The notes under the pieces were generated by a model. It was not told the DNA's origin and searched no databases. It saw nothing but the letters and a program-made list of their open reading frames with translations. This document shows positions 32,016 to 45,523 of a stretch of DNA of 64,000 bases, one piece after another. The translations under genes were made by a program, and so were the position numbers. Position 1 is the first letter of the stretch, and each line of letters opens with the position of its first letter. Origin of the DNA: Lama guanicoe (Eukaryota); assembly GCA_013239625.1 (NCBI GenBank), contig MU053561.1, positions 2,558,283-2,622,282 of the forward strand. The letters run 5' to 3'.

Positions 32016-34947
32016 TGTGTGCAGAGTAGTGACTGGGCCCCTACTACATCTCAAAGAGAACTGGGTCCAAGTTCTGGCTCTTCACTGATTTGGGACAAGT
32101 TACTCATCCTCTCTAATCATTAGTTTCCTTGTCAATCAAATGAGGATAATCATTTGTAGAGTCATGATGAGATAATGCCGAATAAAGCATTAAACAGCGC
32201 CTAGCCCATCTGTTGAGTCAGCAAGGAATAAATATTAGCTAGAGTGCTATTGAGAAAGTTAGGGAACTCATAGGCAACTTCTTCCCAAGTGACCAGGCAG
32301 AAACAGAGCTGAGCCTGCCGATTTCCTCACGCAGGGACCACAGGCTTGGCCATGTTCTTCCACAGGCCAAGTCTTTCCCTTAAATCTCTGATCTCTCTGT
32401 CCCCAGGGCTGAGTGACATTCAGCTGAGAGTCAAATGATTATTTAGGAGACTGTGGCTTCCTTTTTTAATCATGGGAGGCAGAGAATTGGGAGGTAAGAG
32501 GTATGTGTCGCCGTTGCTAGAATGATGGTGGGATGATGGGGAGATGGGACTGGCACATAGGAGGTAGAAAGAAATCTGGCACTTGAATTTTCTGCCACTG
32601 ACACTCTCACCTTCTGCATGAAGGGACTGCCAGAGGGCTTGACTGTCTAAATGGGGAGGAGTCTGTTCCGCTGAGAGCAATCTGCCATCAAAGGTCGACA
32701 AAGGGTGCTCTTTGCGGTGCTGAATTGGACACCAGCTAGGAACTGTCAGCTCCACTGCTTCTAAATGACCTCTCCCGGGAGGGCAGTGTTTGCTCTGCCT
32801 CTCGCCCAGATCTGGATTAGTATTAGCGACATGCAAAACCATTAAGGTTTGGCATTTTGAATCAATCCGAGTAAGTGCCCAGGGCTCAGAGTACAAGGCC
32901 TGTAAGACAGAGCCAAAAATGTAATGGGAACACTTCATCACGAAGTTTAGTTTATAACCTGCTTCTACCCACGGCTAAACCTATCACTAAGAGAATTCCC
33001 TTCTAACACTGACTTTAGAAGAAAGGTAGAAGATATCGGAGCCCCTACCAACTCCTCCCCTAATGCAATCCAGACTTTGGCAACTGGCCGTGCCAGGTGT
33101 GGCCACGTGGGAGAGGCAGCTCCAGCCAAGAAGTCAAAGCAGGGTTAGGGAACCTGATACAAGAGCCTCTCAGAGGAAGTGAACCTCTGACAGCGCTCGT
33201 TTCACCTCCATTGAAGACTCACTTGCTCATTCATTCATCAAGCTTTTTTTGAGCTGAGCACTGTGTGCCAGGCCTTATTGGAGGCACCGGGTAGCAGACA
33301 AATGACAAGTTCTCTCCAGAAACACCAGTGTGATAGGGGCCCATAGCTCTTCTGAGGATCCACTTCTAAATACAGCCTTACCCAAAGAAAATCTGGGAAA
33401 TAGTAATAAATCCTGTACTGCTACGAATAATCCAGCCCCCCTGAAGCTTTAGAACCTTGCCTATTAATTAATCACAGCGAGTTCTCTAGAATCAGGTAGC
33501 TGTAGCCCCTGCTTTGGCTTGGTCACAGCCAAGGATGTAAGATGGAGAGGAAAACATGAGGTGCATTCCACCAGGGAAGTACCTCTCAACTTCTCTGCCT
33601 TCACGTTAGCCACATGCTTCACAGTTCTCTTATACAGTCCTAAATTAACCCAACCCAGAACTGCCAAGTAGAGGTGGTGGGAAACCATTTGAGAAGTGAG
33701 AATTCGTAGCCTATTATATTTGACATGGACCTTATTAATACATAGAGCTGGTCCTTATCAGGAGTGCAATTATACTGTGATTAAGTAAGTATTTGAGCAC
33801 CTTCTTTGTGCCAGACATTATGCTGTTGCTGAGAACCAGACAGTCTTAGCCTTCTCACAACGTATAGTCTGGCACTGATGATGGGTGATAAACAGGTGTG
33901 ATGACTAAGAGACTAAGGTAAGTTGCTGAGAAAGTGGCAGTTACGCTGGTCGGTGAAGGATTAGTAAGTATTGAGCAGGGACAGATGACATGAAGGAGCA
34001 TTCCAATCAGGGTGTAAGTTCATGCAAGATGTTAGACTGCTAGTCATGTCCATTCTCTTCTAATCTTCATCTTCTTCTTCTCCACTGGCTTGTCTCCCTC
34101 CAGAATGTAAATGTGCTCGAGTCCCTACCATCTCCAAACCAAAACAGAACAAAGCAAAGCTTCACTGCACCTCCTGCCATTTGACATTGTCTTCTCTCTT
34201 TCCCTTGGCATCAAAGCTCTTGATAGCATAATCTGGATTTGATGTGTCCACTTTCTCACCGCAGTCTGACTTTTCTCACAACTTTTCTGTAATTGCCCTA
34301 TCTTGTTAAACCAATGGATATTTTCCCATCTTCATCTTAATTGGCCTCTTTGCACCCGTTGAGTCTGTTGGCTCTGCCTTCCCTCCTGATATCTGTCCTG
34401 CCTTTGGTTTCCGTGATACCACTGAACCCTGGTTCTCCTACCTCTAGGCGATGCTTTCCATTCTCCTTCATAGCCCCTCTTCTGCAGCCCCCAGATAAAC
34501 AGTGGTGTATCTCAGGGGTCCATCCTTGGGCATCTTTATAGGCTGTAAGATGATGACTTCTATAACTCTGGCAGAGATCTCATTTAGAATTTCAAAGCCT
34601 ACTGGATAGATCTCCCTGGATAATTTACCAGTACTCCAAACTCAAGTCCAGCCCAACTTATTCAAAATTGAACTAATGTTCCCCTTCAGATCTTTCTTCT
34701 GTATCACCTCACTTAGTGAGTGTCCCCACTGTCCACTCACCCTTGAGTCTCTTCTTCTGCTCATTCACCTTCCATATACACCTCATCCTCTAAATCCTGA
34801 GGACTGCGTCTCCTCATACGAGCACCTGTCCCCTCAGCACTCCTGGGTACTGCCTTCATTCAGGACTTCATCATGCCTCACCTGGGTCCCCACGATCAAT
34901 TTCAAATAGTTCTTCCTGCTTCGTGCCTTCCTCCCTTTCAATTCATT

Positions 34948-35072
34948 AAAAAAAATTTGGGGGGTGGTAATTAGGTTTAATTAATTAATTAATTAACAGA
35001 GGTACTGGGGATTGAACCCAGGACCTCATACATGCTAAGCAGCAGCTCTACCACTGAGCTACACCCTCCCCA
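34948..35072 (-). mobile_element. tRNA-Ala-like SINE within L2-like sequence
   Basis: Reverse-complement head; TSD TTCAATTCATT on both sides. Confidence 0.9.
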
Positions 35073-35664
35073 ACTTCAATTCATTTTTAACACCACTCCC
35101 AGGGGGAGCTTTCCAAAATGCAAATCTGATGGGTCACCCTCCACTGCTTGAACTTGTGCAATGACACTCTAACTTCCGGGATAAAGTTCACCTTCCCTAG
35201 CTTCCTACACAAGACCCACTGAGATCCACACCCTTTCCGTTCCACTAGCCTCATCTCTCGCCATCCTAACACAGTTTCTCTGATCATCTTGCATATCCTT
35301 TCCTTTTCCTAAAACATGTGTCTTCCTTTTCATAGGCCCCATACTCTCGGAACTCTCACAGATCTCCTCCCCACCTAGCCCTTTATCTCAGCCCTGCCTC
35401 TCTCTGCTCCTTCCTTAAGTCTCCTGAGACCATTTCTTTAATGACATCTATCATGTTGGACTTTATCTCCCCCACCGGCCTCTGAGCTCTGTGGGAACAG
35501 ACTCTGTAATACATTTTTGTGTGCCCCAGGACCTCATATAGTTATTCATTGAACAAATTTAAATATTTTGTCATATATATGTATGTGTATATGTACCTGT
35601 ATATGTGCATGTGGGTGCATATGTGTGTGTGTGTGGCATGTTTGAGACATAAGGGGAAAAGGAA

Positions 35665-35855
35665 TTGACATTTGTTGAGCACTTAGAATATGCCAGGGTC
35701 TGCGCCAGATACTTTATATGCATTCGTATTATGATTCTCATTTAATGAGAAAGCTGAGGCTCACAGAGTTTAGGTAACCAGGATATGATTTCACAGCGAC
35801 TAGGTAGGTGACAGAGCTGCAATTTGAGCCTAGGCTTGTCTCCTTCCAAACCCTG
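35665..35855. mobile_element. MIR element (other MIR-like pieces near 6560, 13200, 21790, 26170, 32060, 46260, 50730, 60990, 62780, 63620)
   Basis: MIR core ATGAGAAAGCTGAGGCTCACAGAGTTTAGGTAAC...GAGCTGCAATTTGAGCCTAGG. Confidence 0.65.
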
Positions 35856-37367
35856 GGATTTTTCATTGCCCCACACTGCTTACCCAACTACCAGAAAGGA
35901 CCAGCCAGGTAGAGGAAGCGAGATGCTCTAAGAGAAGGATTTCCTTGGGAACACCTGCCGGTGCTCACAGTGGAAACCCTCAGGTCGCCGTGGCACAGGC
36001 TTTCAAGCTTCTTCAGTTGTGAAGAATACAAAGACTACTTAGTTTGTCACGTTTTCTTTCCAAAGCTCATCTTCTTAAAACCTCACACCTGTTTTATAAG
36101 AATTCCACAAAGACTAACAGTAAATATACACTATGAAGGGCCCCCATCTGTCTCAGAAGAGAGGTGCTTTTTAGTCACGGAATATAGACTTTTTACAGTT
36201 ATTGTCTGTTTATTCTGCAAAAACTGCTGATTCTACAGGGCCTGGGAATTCCAGTGGGAAAACACGGATGGAATGTGTTCAGGGTGTGGGACTTCCTAGA
36301 ATTGTTGGAATGGAAGAAAAGCTCATAGGAAGATAAATTCTGCCTGGATACTTGGAAGAAAAATGCTGCTGAAGAATGGGTGGGAGGAGAATGATGGCCC
36401 CTCAGGGAATAAGTTAGGTAACTGACTTCCCCCCCAGAAGCCCTGCTGGGGCTGGGATGCAGCTATGCCTACTCTGAAAAGGTACCTCTCCTTCCCTAGC
36501 ACACTCTCCCTCCCATGGAGTGTCCCAGGAGCTAGCTGGTGTTGTAGAGATGTTATCTTTACTGATCCTTTTAACCCTTCCCTATATGGGGCAGCAAGAC
36601 CACACCGCTGCCTCTCCAGTGACCCTTTCCCACTGTAAGTTTCACATAGAGCTCACCTCTCACCTTCTCCATAAACCCCATTGGAAAGAAATGGCTCAGA
36701 CAATCAGCTGGCTACAGCATCTCATTGTGGCTCATTGATCACTGGGGGAGATTTACTGGTCTGGTTGGAGACAGTTTTGCTTAATGAATGCCTATTATAG
36801 GCTTGGCATGCACTGGCTGGAAGGAAGCCCTCTCCTCCACAAACTCTTGTTTCGCATGCCTCCGGAAGCTGGGCGCTCAGCACAAGGACGACCTTCCCAC
36901 ACGGAGAAGGGTCACCCTTTGGCTGATGGTCTTCAAGTCACTGCCTCCCGTGCTGGAGCCTGCAGACAAGTTCCACAGGGCCCATTTCCTTCCTTGGTGC
37001 CTTTCAAGGTGCAATTAGGAGAGGCAGACCAAACATCTGTCATTCTCAGGGTCAAGGTAGTTTGTTGAACCCATAGGTAAGAAGCTTGGCACTCATTCAT
37101 TGAGAAAGGCTTTTTTCTTTGTTTGGTTGGTTTATGACTCAGGGAGCATTTAGATGTGGCTGATTTTGGCTCAACCAGATCAAACATAAAGGCCCCATGT
37201 CCCTCTTCCTCATTTCCACTCCCACTGTAGATGTGCTTTCTGAGACTGAAGAATCAGCTAAGAGGTAAGTATGTCTGCTTCAAACATTATTTGGTTACTT
37301 AAGATACAATGTTGATGGCTTTTTCTGTTTAAGAGGGGAAGTGGGAGAAGAGGTCAGATGCCCCTGA

Positions 37368-37584
37368 CATTCAGGATTAGCAGATACAAACTGCTACACA
37401 TAAAACAGATAAACAACAAGGTCCTACTGTAAGGCCAGGGAACTATATTCATATCTTGTAATAGACCATAATGAAAAAGAATATGAAAAGGAATATAAGT
37501 ATACGTATAACTGAATCACTGTGCTGTACACCAGAAGTTAATACAAAATTGCAAACCAACTATACTTCAGTAAAAAGGAAAAAA
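37368..37584 (+). mobile_element. L1 3' end fragment
   Basis: GGATTAGCAGATACAAACTGC...AACCAACTATACTTCAGTAAAA. Confidence 0.85.
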
Positions 37585-37786
37585 GGAGAAAACTATGCCA
37601 AAACCTCATGTCGATCTTATCTGTCAGATGAGTCACTACCGAGAGAAAGGGCAAAGTCATTTTCTTCAGGGAGTCTGTACATTGCTTTCAGCCTGAAAAG
37701 AAGCAAAACACAGTTGGAGGGAGAGCACAGGAGGAGAGACAAAGAGTCTCCCAGCCAGGAGCCACGGCTGGGGGATCCCTAGTTAC

Positions 37787-38182
37787 CTGAAGGCAGCACC
37801 GTGAGCACCACATGCTGTGACTCATCTGACGCTTGGGCGACCCACTTGCTTGGGTTGCCGTGTAGCTGCCACTCTGCCACCTTGCACCAGTACATGCCCG
37901 CATCCTCCATCTCCACCCGCTGAAACTTCAGGACAAAGTCTGTAGGGGATGAACGGTATGAGAGCAGGCGCCTCCTGAGCCCCTCTTCACCGTACTCCAG
38001 CGAGCCGTCCTGCTGCAGGTGAGCCAGCATCTCACTTGCAGGATTTCCTCTGTTCCGGTACCACGTCGCAGAGAACAGGGAGGCTGGGCTGCCGGCACTC
38101 TCCAGGCTGCAGTGGATGGTCGCCTCTCTGTGCTCAGTGGCATTTTCTGTCCAGTACACTTTGGAGACACGTACCTTGCTTC
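37787..38182 (-). CDS. CD101: CD101 exon 8, Ig-V domain 7 (396 nt)
   Basis: tttcctag|GAAGC...TTCAG|gtaact; SKVRVSKVYWTEN...IHC...DAGMYWC...VLPS. Confidence 0.96.
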
Positions 38183-40735
38183 CTAGGAAATAAAATGGCC
38201 GTAAGTTAGGGAGGAACCCAGACTTCAGATTGGACACCTCCTCTGAACAGTCCAGCTGTCGCTGAAGACGACATCAGGTTCTCCACTGTGAATGCTTTTC
38301 CTTGACCCCTGTCCTCCTTCCATATTGGCCAGAACATTGTCTACTGTGAACCAAGCCAGCCACTTCCCTTCTTCAGCCTCCCTCTTGCCTACTGGACCTG
38401 CCACGAAAAACCACCCAGCTTTGGTGGGCACTCTGCCCTGCTGCCCTTAATTCTCCCAGGTCAGCTCTCTCTTCTGCTTCCCAGAGGGGCCCTTCAACAC
38501 TTCCAGCCTCCCCTCAAGTTGAATATGCCACCACTGCCCCTTTTTCTTAGCAAATGAGCCTCCTCCCATACACTCAGGTGTGTCACCTCAGGTATAGACA
38601 CAAGGAACGAGGAGGCTATCCGAGAGACCGAACATCTTTATCCATGTGTTAGAGACTATGTTGTTGGATTTGACTAAGTTTTAAAAAGATTTTGACATTT
38701 ACTTTTTAAAAATGTTCCCTAGATCACCAGCAGGTGAGAACTTGGAAAGAAGGCTAGATTAGTTCCAACAAAACAAAGAAACTACAGTATGCACTAAATT
38801 TTCAACTCTACCACAAACAGATTTATTAATCTGTCTTGAAAAGAACAGCTTTGTCCAGTCTGGGGTTCTTTTTTAGTTACCAACTTTACTCTCTCCTTCT
38901 CTTCATGGAGGAGCATGTGAAATAGTTTCTGTGGTCCTGTCTCTCCTTCCTCACCTCAAATTACTCCCTACTCTATTGCAATCAGCCTTCCAACCCCACC
39001 ACTACACTCTGGCCAAAGTACCCAGTAAAGGCTCAACTTCCCAGCTCAAGAGATCCTCTAGTCTTTTTTGTCCTCTCTGCGGTTTCTGCCACTGAAATCC
39101 GTTTTCTTCTGAACTTTTCTCTACTGATTTCAGAGAAAATATCCCTCCTGCCATTTCTGACCAATCCTTCTCAGTACTGTTCCCTGGGGCTTCTTCCTTA
39201 ACTCACTTCCCACACCAGGGTGCACAGCTGGCTACCCCCAGCCAAACACACCCAGCCCACAAATATGTCTTATTCGACATCTTCAGGATTTTAAAAGAAT
39301 TTGAAATCATTATGGACATTCTCAGAGATGTCACCAAAAAAGGTTTTAGGCATCCCTTGATGTACTAAAAGGTTGGACAGCACAGGGCCAGCGTTTCTGA
39401 ATGGGAAGCGTTGGCTAGAGTCAAGAAGTGGTGTGCACTTTGTAAAGAGGTGGGCACACCCTGTCACAGTTTGGCTTGGTCCACCAGGAGAAAGGGATGT
39501 TGGCCACACAGATGGAGAATGAAGGGTGCGTGAGTCTTGTGGGATGGCTAAGATGTGAACGCCATGATGATGACGTGGGACATAAGGATGATTTGGGACA
39601 TGCTGGGTGGGAGCCAAGTGGGAATGTGGGTCAGGCAGTTGGGTAGGAGGGCCTGGAGTTCAGGAGAAGGGGGCTAAGACTTAGAGCTGTTTCACTGGAG
39701 GTGGTAGTTGGAACAAAGGCAGTGTTTAAGTGGTTCTGAAGACAGCAGAGAGTAAGGAGAAAAATGGGCTTAGGTGTCCCTGAGGACACCTGCATTTAGC
39801 AGGGCGAGGAGGAGGGGTCTGGAGAGCATGGAGGACGGGTGCCGGAGCGGCAGGATGAGACCCTGGCGCCGGGTTACTACTTCGCCCCTGCTGCTCCCAA
39901 CAGACTGCGAGCTCCTGAAGGCGGCGCCTTAGTGGATCCCTAATTGCCTAACCCATGGCAACGTTCATTATAATCTTATTTTTTGATGTTACATTGAAAA
40001 TAGAATTTTCAGCCCCAGACTGGATTAACTTATTTGCATCGTGTTGTTGGATCTCGGCCAGTTCCCGAACCTTAGCTGTGACATTCATTTAATTTTAATC
40101 AACGCTGGAGGTGACCGAACTAACACTGACAGATCTAATCAACCCTGCCCACGTTTAGACCACAGCGCTCATGGACCAGTGCAGAGGGATGGAACTCCTA
40201 CTGCATTTTTAAAGGCCTCCTGAGGTGGAGGAGATGCCCTCACTAGGCCATTCCAACAGTTAACTGCTCTTATTTGCCTTATGTTTAGGCAGCCAAATGT
40301 TGAAAAGCAATTTCTCCACACATCCCTATAGAGTTGTACGGTTTCTGTTCACAGTGGGAGAAATATGCTTCATGTTACTCTTTCTCTGCCAAATTACAGT
40401 AGAGCCCCACTGGAATGACACAGCTTGCTGTTACAGAGATCGGGAGATACGGTACCCTGGGTAGCTGCAGAGACCAGGCTGCCGGGCTGAGACGCAAACC
40501 ACTTGCAGAGACTTGCTCCCGTCCAGCCACCTCCAAATCTCAGACCGACTCACCGTAAATGACCCCCGTCTCCGCTGGTGGGCCACCCGGTCCTGTGGTC
40601 ATCGTGCAGGTGGCCACTATTCCTACAACTCTAGGTCACAGTTTCACCTTCATATAATCACTTCGTAGAACAGCTGCCCAAGAGAAGGCAGCAGTTCTGC
40701 AGAAAGATGTGTGAGGACACCCCTGCAAGGTTTAC

Positions 40736-41146
40736 CTGTGGGCCTGAGTTTCAATTCCGTGAGACCTGACTGCTTTTCTCCAAGCTGGTGCCAAGTGCTA
40801 TTTGTGGACTGGAGCCATTCCTTCACAGCGCAGTAATATTTGCCCTGATCGCTGTCTTCCACGTTCAGAAGGTGCAGCTGAAACAAGCCTTGGGAAACTC
40901 TCTCGGCATGGAATTTTTGTTTTCTCCGTGGGCTCTGAAATTCGTCCCCATATTTGACAACATTGGTTCGGTCCATTTCCAGGATCTTCAGCCAGGATGC
41001 ATCAGTGGAAATGGGATGGAAATACCAAATAATGGCTAACTGGAGGTTGCCAGTGGACTGGGACAAGATGCTACATTCTATGTCAGTGTTAGAGTTGATG
41101 GAGATCTCTTGGACTTGACTGCTTGAATTCACTTCCAGCTTGCTCT
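40736..41146 (-). CDS. CD101: CD101 exon 7, Ig-V domain 6 (411 nt)
   Basis: ttcatttag|AGAGC...CACAG|gtaaac; SKLEVNSSSQVQEISINSNTDIEC...DQGKYYC...LRPT. Confidence 0.96.
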
Positions 41147-41899
41147 CTAAATGAAAAGAATGGTAACGGTTACTTTTGTTACTTTGCTAGAAAAAGAGAA
41201 CTGGAAGGCAGAAGGGACATGAGAGGTCAACAAAGGCAATGCCTCCTACATCCATCAGATGTGTGAATTCCCTCTTGAGCAGCCCCACTAACTGCTCCTG
41301 CAGCCTCCGAACAACTCACTAACTGACCAAGCACCCATTCCATCTTTGGACAGCTCTGCCACTAGAGAATTCTTTCTGGAATCAAGTTGAATTTTACCTC
41401 CTCATAACTTCTGTCCATGGGTTCTGGTTCTGCCCTTGCCCCGGAGGAGTGGGATGGGGAGGGGAGGGTGGGGAGGAAGCATCATCCAGAAAAGTCGATC
41501 TCTTCCACTTGATAATGCTTCAGTATTTGGGAACAGACATCTGTAGCATTTCATAAATCGAATGGTGAGCAAGTGGCCATGTAACACTTTGCCTGTGGGG
41601 TCACTATCCAGTGTACGTCTGGATTCACAATTTGCCTTAGCCTAGTTGTATCGCCTGCGAACATGCATAAACAAGACGAAGTTGTATATGAGCTATTAAA
41701 ATTGTGCGTCTCTTTGCAGCCACTCAGCTATGGGAACACCGTATGGATAGGTAGTCAACCATCCTTTAACCCCGGAGATTTTCTGCTTTGTCAGAAAGAT
41801 GAAGAGTAAAACCTGGCTTCCGAATCTTACTCTTAACTTCTTGCTGACTTGACAAGTTCTACTCTGTAACGGCTTATTGATGTTGTCAGCAAGTCCCCT

Positions 41900-42900
41900 T
41901 ACTCTTCCTTCCATAAACGTTTATTAAGCACACGCTGTATTATGTGCCAGGCTATTCCAGGCTCTGTGGATGCCTCCCCTCAGTGGGTTTACCTCCTAGA
42001 GGGAGAGACTGGCACAGGCACAGCAACTGAGAGAGGACAGGACTGTGTCACCCAAGCGGGACAGAAGTTTGCAGAGGTGGCCATCCCAGCACATGGCAGG
42101 ACCGTCTAACCCAAACGTGGGAGTGGGGGTCTTTCTGAGGGAGAGATCTCTAAGCTAAGTCTCAAGATTTAATAGGAATTAATCTGATGGAGATATTAAG
42201 GGATTCCACACAAAAGAAGCAACTTGAACAAAGACTTTAAAGGTAAGAGAGAGCGTAGAGTGCTTGATGAACTGCAGGTAGTTCCATGTGGCTGGAGCTC
42301 AAGGTCAAGATGGACAGTGGAAGGACATAAATGTACCAAATTACAAAGGACCTTGCCTGCCGTGCTATGGGAGTCTGGACATAAGGTGGATGTGGAGGAG
42401 TGGTAGACGACTCGGGTTTCTTACTTGGGTCACTGGGAGATGGTGGGGACACACAGAGAACAATGTAAGAGGAGTAGCTTGGAGGGATAATAATGGTGCA
42501 TTTATGTTTTGACGTATTGAGTGTAGACATGCCTTGGAGGCAATTGCCTGGAGATCCAAAGAAAAGTCTTTCAGGATAATGGATTTGGGAATTGTTAATA
42601 TATAGGTTGAATCCATGGGATTAACCCACTCTGGGAATAAGCCCACTTTGGGGGACTGTACAGAATGAAAAGAGAGCTCGCTGAGGAAGAAACCCAAAGG
42701 GAAGAATCAGTGGAAGGGGAGGATTCTGCAAAAGAGAATGAGAAGGAGCAGTCAGAGTGCTAGGAAGGAAACCAAGAAAATCCTGTGTTATTAAGACCAA
42801 GAAAAAAAGAAGTTTCAAGAAGAAAGGATTGGACCAACAATTTCAAATACCACAGAAAGGACAAGTAAGTTTAGGCATGAGTTAATCAGCAGGAGATCAT
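41900..42900. mobile_element. L2-like degenerate LINE (similar tracts at ~18100-18660, 34050-35550, 55760-57550); boundaries approximate
   Basis: TTTATTAAGCAC...TATGTGCCAGG terminus followed by strand-biased purine-rich sequence typical of L2. Confidence 0.5.
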
Positions 42901-43596
42901 TGCTATTACCAGAAGTACCGCTCGGTAGCAGAGACAACACTGACAGCTACCACGTCTGAGCATCAGCTTGGGATGTCAGGCACTGTACCTGCCACGTCAC
43001 CACCTTTAAATTGCACATCTGCAATTTACACATGGGGTCACTAGGTTTGGATGGATTACACATCTTGTACAAAGTGATGCTGCTATCCAGTGCTCGTCAG
43101 ATCTAAATGACAACAAAGGCTCTTGCGCACTCTGCCGTAGGAGAATGGAAGTCACGGAGCAAGACACACGGCACAGAATTTGCGAAGGTCATGTCTTACT
43201 TTTATGCTCTGTGCTCTAGGACCAACTGACAAGGAAAACCGTGTTGACTATAAACATGAATGTTCTAATCTTAAACAGTAACAAAGAAAAATAAGTGGAT
43301 ACATGTATTCTAATGGAATTTCTATTACCCATACTACTAGGGGAGACATTCAAAACATTTAATGAGCGTAAGGCATGGCCAGTGACCAATCTGAAAGAAT
43401 GCCTCATCACTGACTAGCCTTAGGGGTCCTTTGCTGTGCCACGTGGTGCCCTTTTGTTGCTGAGTGGTGGGGACTAATGGGAAATGGGGAAGAGGCAACA
43501 GTTATTATTAATCAGTGTGGAAGTATTTCAATGTTTTAACAACCAGCATGGCCATTTTGTGCATACTAGCTTAACGTTAAACTGGATATCACTTAT

Positions 43597-43887
43597 TATT
43601 TTTTTGTTTTGCTTTTGTTTTTATTTCTCGTTGCTTTTTTTCAAATTGAATTATAGTTGATTTACAATGTTTGAGTCATACAGAAATGAGATTCAGCTTT
43701 ATATATATGAGCGTGTTTTGTGTCTATATATATATGTTCTTTTTCAGATTCTTTTCCATTATCGGTTATTAAAAGACATTGAATGTAGTTCTCTGTGCTA
43801 TACAGGAGGCCCTTGTTGTTTATCTGTTTTGTATACTGTAGTGTGTATCTGTTAATCCCAAACTCCTAATTTACTCCCCTTCCTTTC
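43597..43887 (-). mobile_element. L1 3' end fragment with 15-bp TSD
   Basis: TSD CTGGATATCACTTAT at 43582-43596 and 43888-43902; antisense L1 3' UTR and T-rich tail. Confidence 0.88.
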
Positions 43888-44033
43888 CTGGATATCACTT
43901 ATGTATGATGCTTACTTACACAGTACAAACATGAGGAGAAGGTATTTTATGCTTTAATTCTATACCTTACCCCAAACAGGAAAACTGTTTATTAAAAAAA
44001 AAAAAGCAAGGATTAATTTCAAGTGGTGTTCAC

Positions 44034-44438
44034 CTGGTAGAGTGACGGCTATCCTCAGGGGGTGTGAGATGGCAGAAGCCCGTGAGGGGCCGTTTCTGTG
44101 AAGACAATGTCCACCATAAACTTCTACTTTACACTGATAAACCCCTGCTTCTTCCTCGGTGGCATCATGGATTAGGAGTTGAGAAAGAAATGAAGACTGT
44201 GAAACCTTCGTCTTCTTTTGGAACTGGGGTAGGAAGTCCCCCCATTCGATTGTGCCATTATGGGCAATTCGAACAAGCAGATCAAAGTCTCGAGACCCAG
44301 CTGGCTGGAACTGCCACATCACAGTGAGTGGAACCTTGAGGTCTGGGTAGTCAGCCCTCACGACGCAGGACAGGTCGAAGGTGTTGGTTAATTTCACTTG
44401 AGGTTGACGGCTCAGCAGATTAACTTGCAGACTTGACT
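44034..44438 (-). CDS. CD101: CD101 exon 6, Ig-V domain 5 (405 nt)
   Basis: gcccacag|AGTCAAG...ACCAG|gtgaac; SSLQVNLLSRQPQVKLTNTFDLSC...EAGVYQC...AVTLP. Confidence 0.96.
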
Positions 44439-45139
44439 CTGTGGGCAGAAATGTGAAACAGAATTTCAGACACGGTCATCAAATCCAGGTACAGGGCTTC
44501 CAAGTTTCCCTAGTCACCACCTCGTCACACTGAACCATGTGTTCATACATTGGGAGTATCCAATATTGGGGGGTAGAAGTTGATTCACAGTACAGTCTGT
44601 CCTGAATTCTGACCTCGGTTTTCTAAAGCTGACCCTCTGCTAAGAGTGTTCTCAGCAGCGACAACAAACAGGCAGTGTTTCTCCGGTCTGCTGCTTAGAC
44701 AGCTGCTGCTGCGTGGGTGGAGCGCTCCCCAGCCCCGCCGGCTGGCCTCCTCCCCTTACCCCGACTCTCGGGGGCAGTAATTCTCTTTCGCACATGCTGG
44801 GAGAGACTCTGCAATCCCAGGGCTGCAGCTGTCAGAAGCCTGAATGTACGAGGCTCAGCTCCAACTGGCATAACTCTTCTATGTAAGCCTACTTCAATTC
44901 ATACGATTTTGTTTTTTAGCCTCGAATAACAACTTACAAGTTGCACTGGAAAGATGATCTTTATAAAGATGAGATCAGTGGACAGACACACGTGGTAGCC
45001 AGAAACTCTGCTCTGTCCTGGGGCACCTGTGCTATAACGAGGGACTCAGGATGACACACAGTCCAATTCCACTGCATTCCACTGCAAAAGGAAGAGGCCA
45101 AAGCTATGCAAGTTTAAGAGGGATTTCCCTGACACTTAC

Positions 45140-45523
45140 TCAGAGGTTTCACAGTGACTGATATCTTCTGAGTCCAGTTCAGATCTCTGCCCTGGTTCCG
45201 GGTCCTCTCAGACATCCTGCACTCATACGTGCCGCTGTCTGTGACGGTGGTGGAGGTGATCTTCAGCTGGAAGCTGGCCCAGTCCATTTTCTCCAGCCTT
45301 GTGTTGCTGGGGTTATCGAGCTCACCGTAGGAGGCACCCAGCTGCACGGTGCCATCCTGCCCCATGCCAGCCACAAACTCTGGCTGTGTCTGGTCTTGTG
45401 GGACGTGCCACCAGGTCACGGACAAGGGACTTTCAGCTCCATCTGCCTTGCAGAAAAGGGTTAACGTCTCTCCCTCCCACACCGCTTGCTGCTTGTTCTT
45501 GGTAGACAAAACCACGTTTCTTG
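45140..45523 (-). CDS. CD101: CD101 exon 5, Ig-V domain 4 (384 nt)
   Basis: ccacag|CAAGAAAC...CCTCTGA|gtaagt; RNVVLSTKNKQQAVWEGETLTLFC...DSGTYEC...TVKPL. Confidence 0.96.

Noticed and set aside
32420..32941. 173-aa ORF in CD101 intron 8 (possible extra Ig exon)
   Set aside because: No Ig Cys-Trp-Cys pattern; exons 8 and 9 already join in phase
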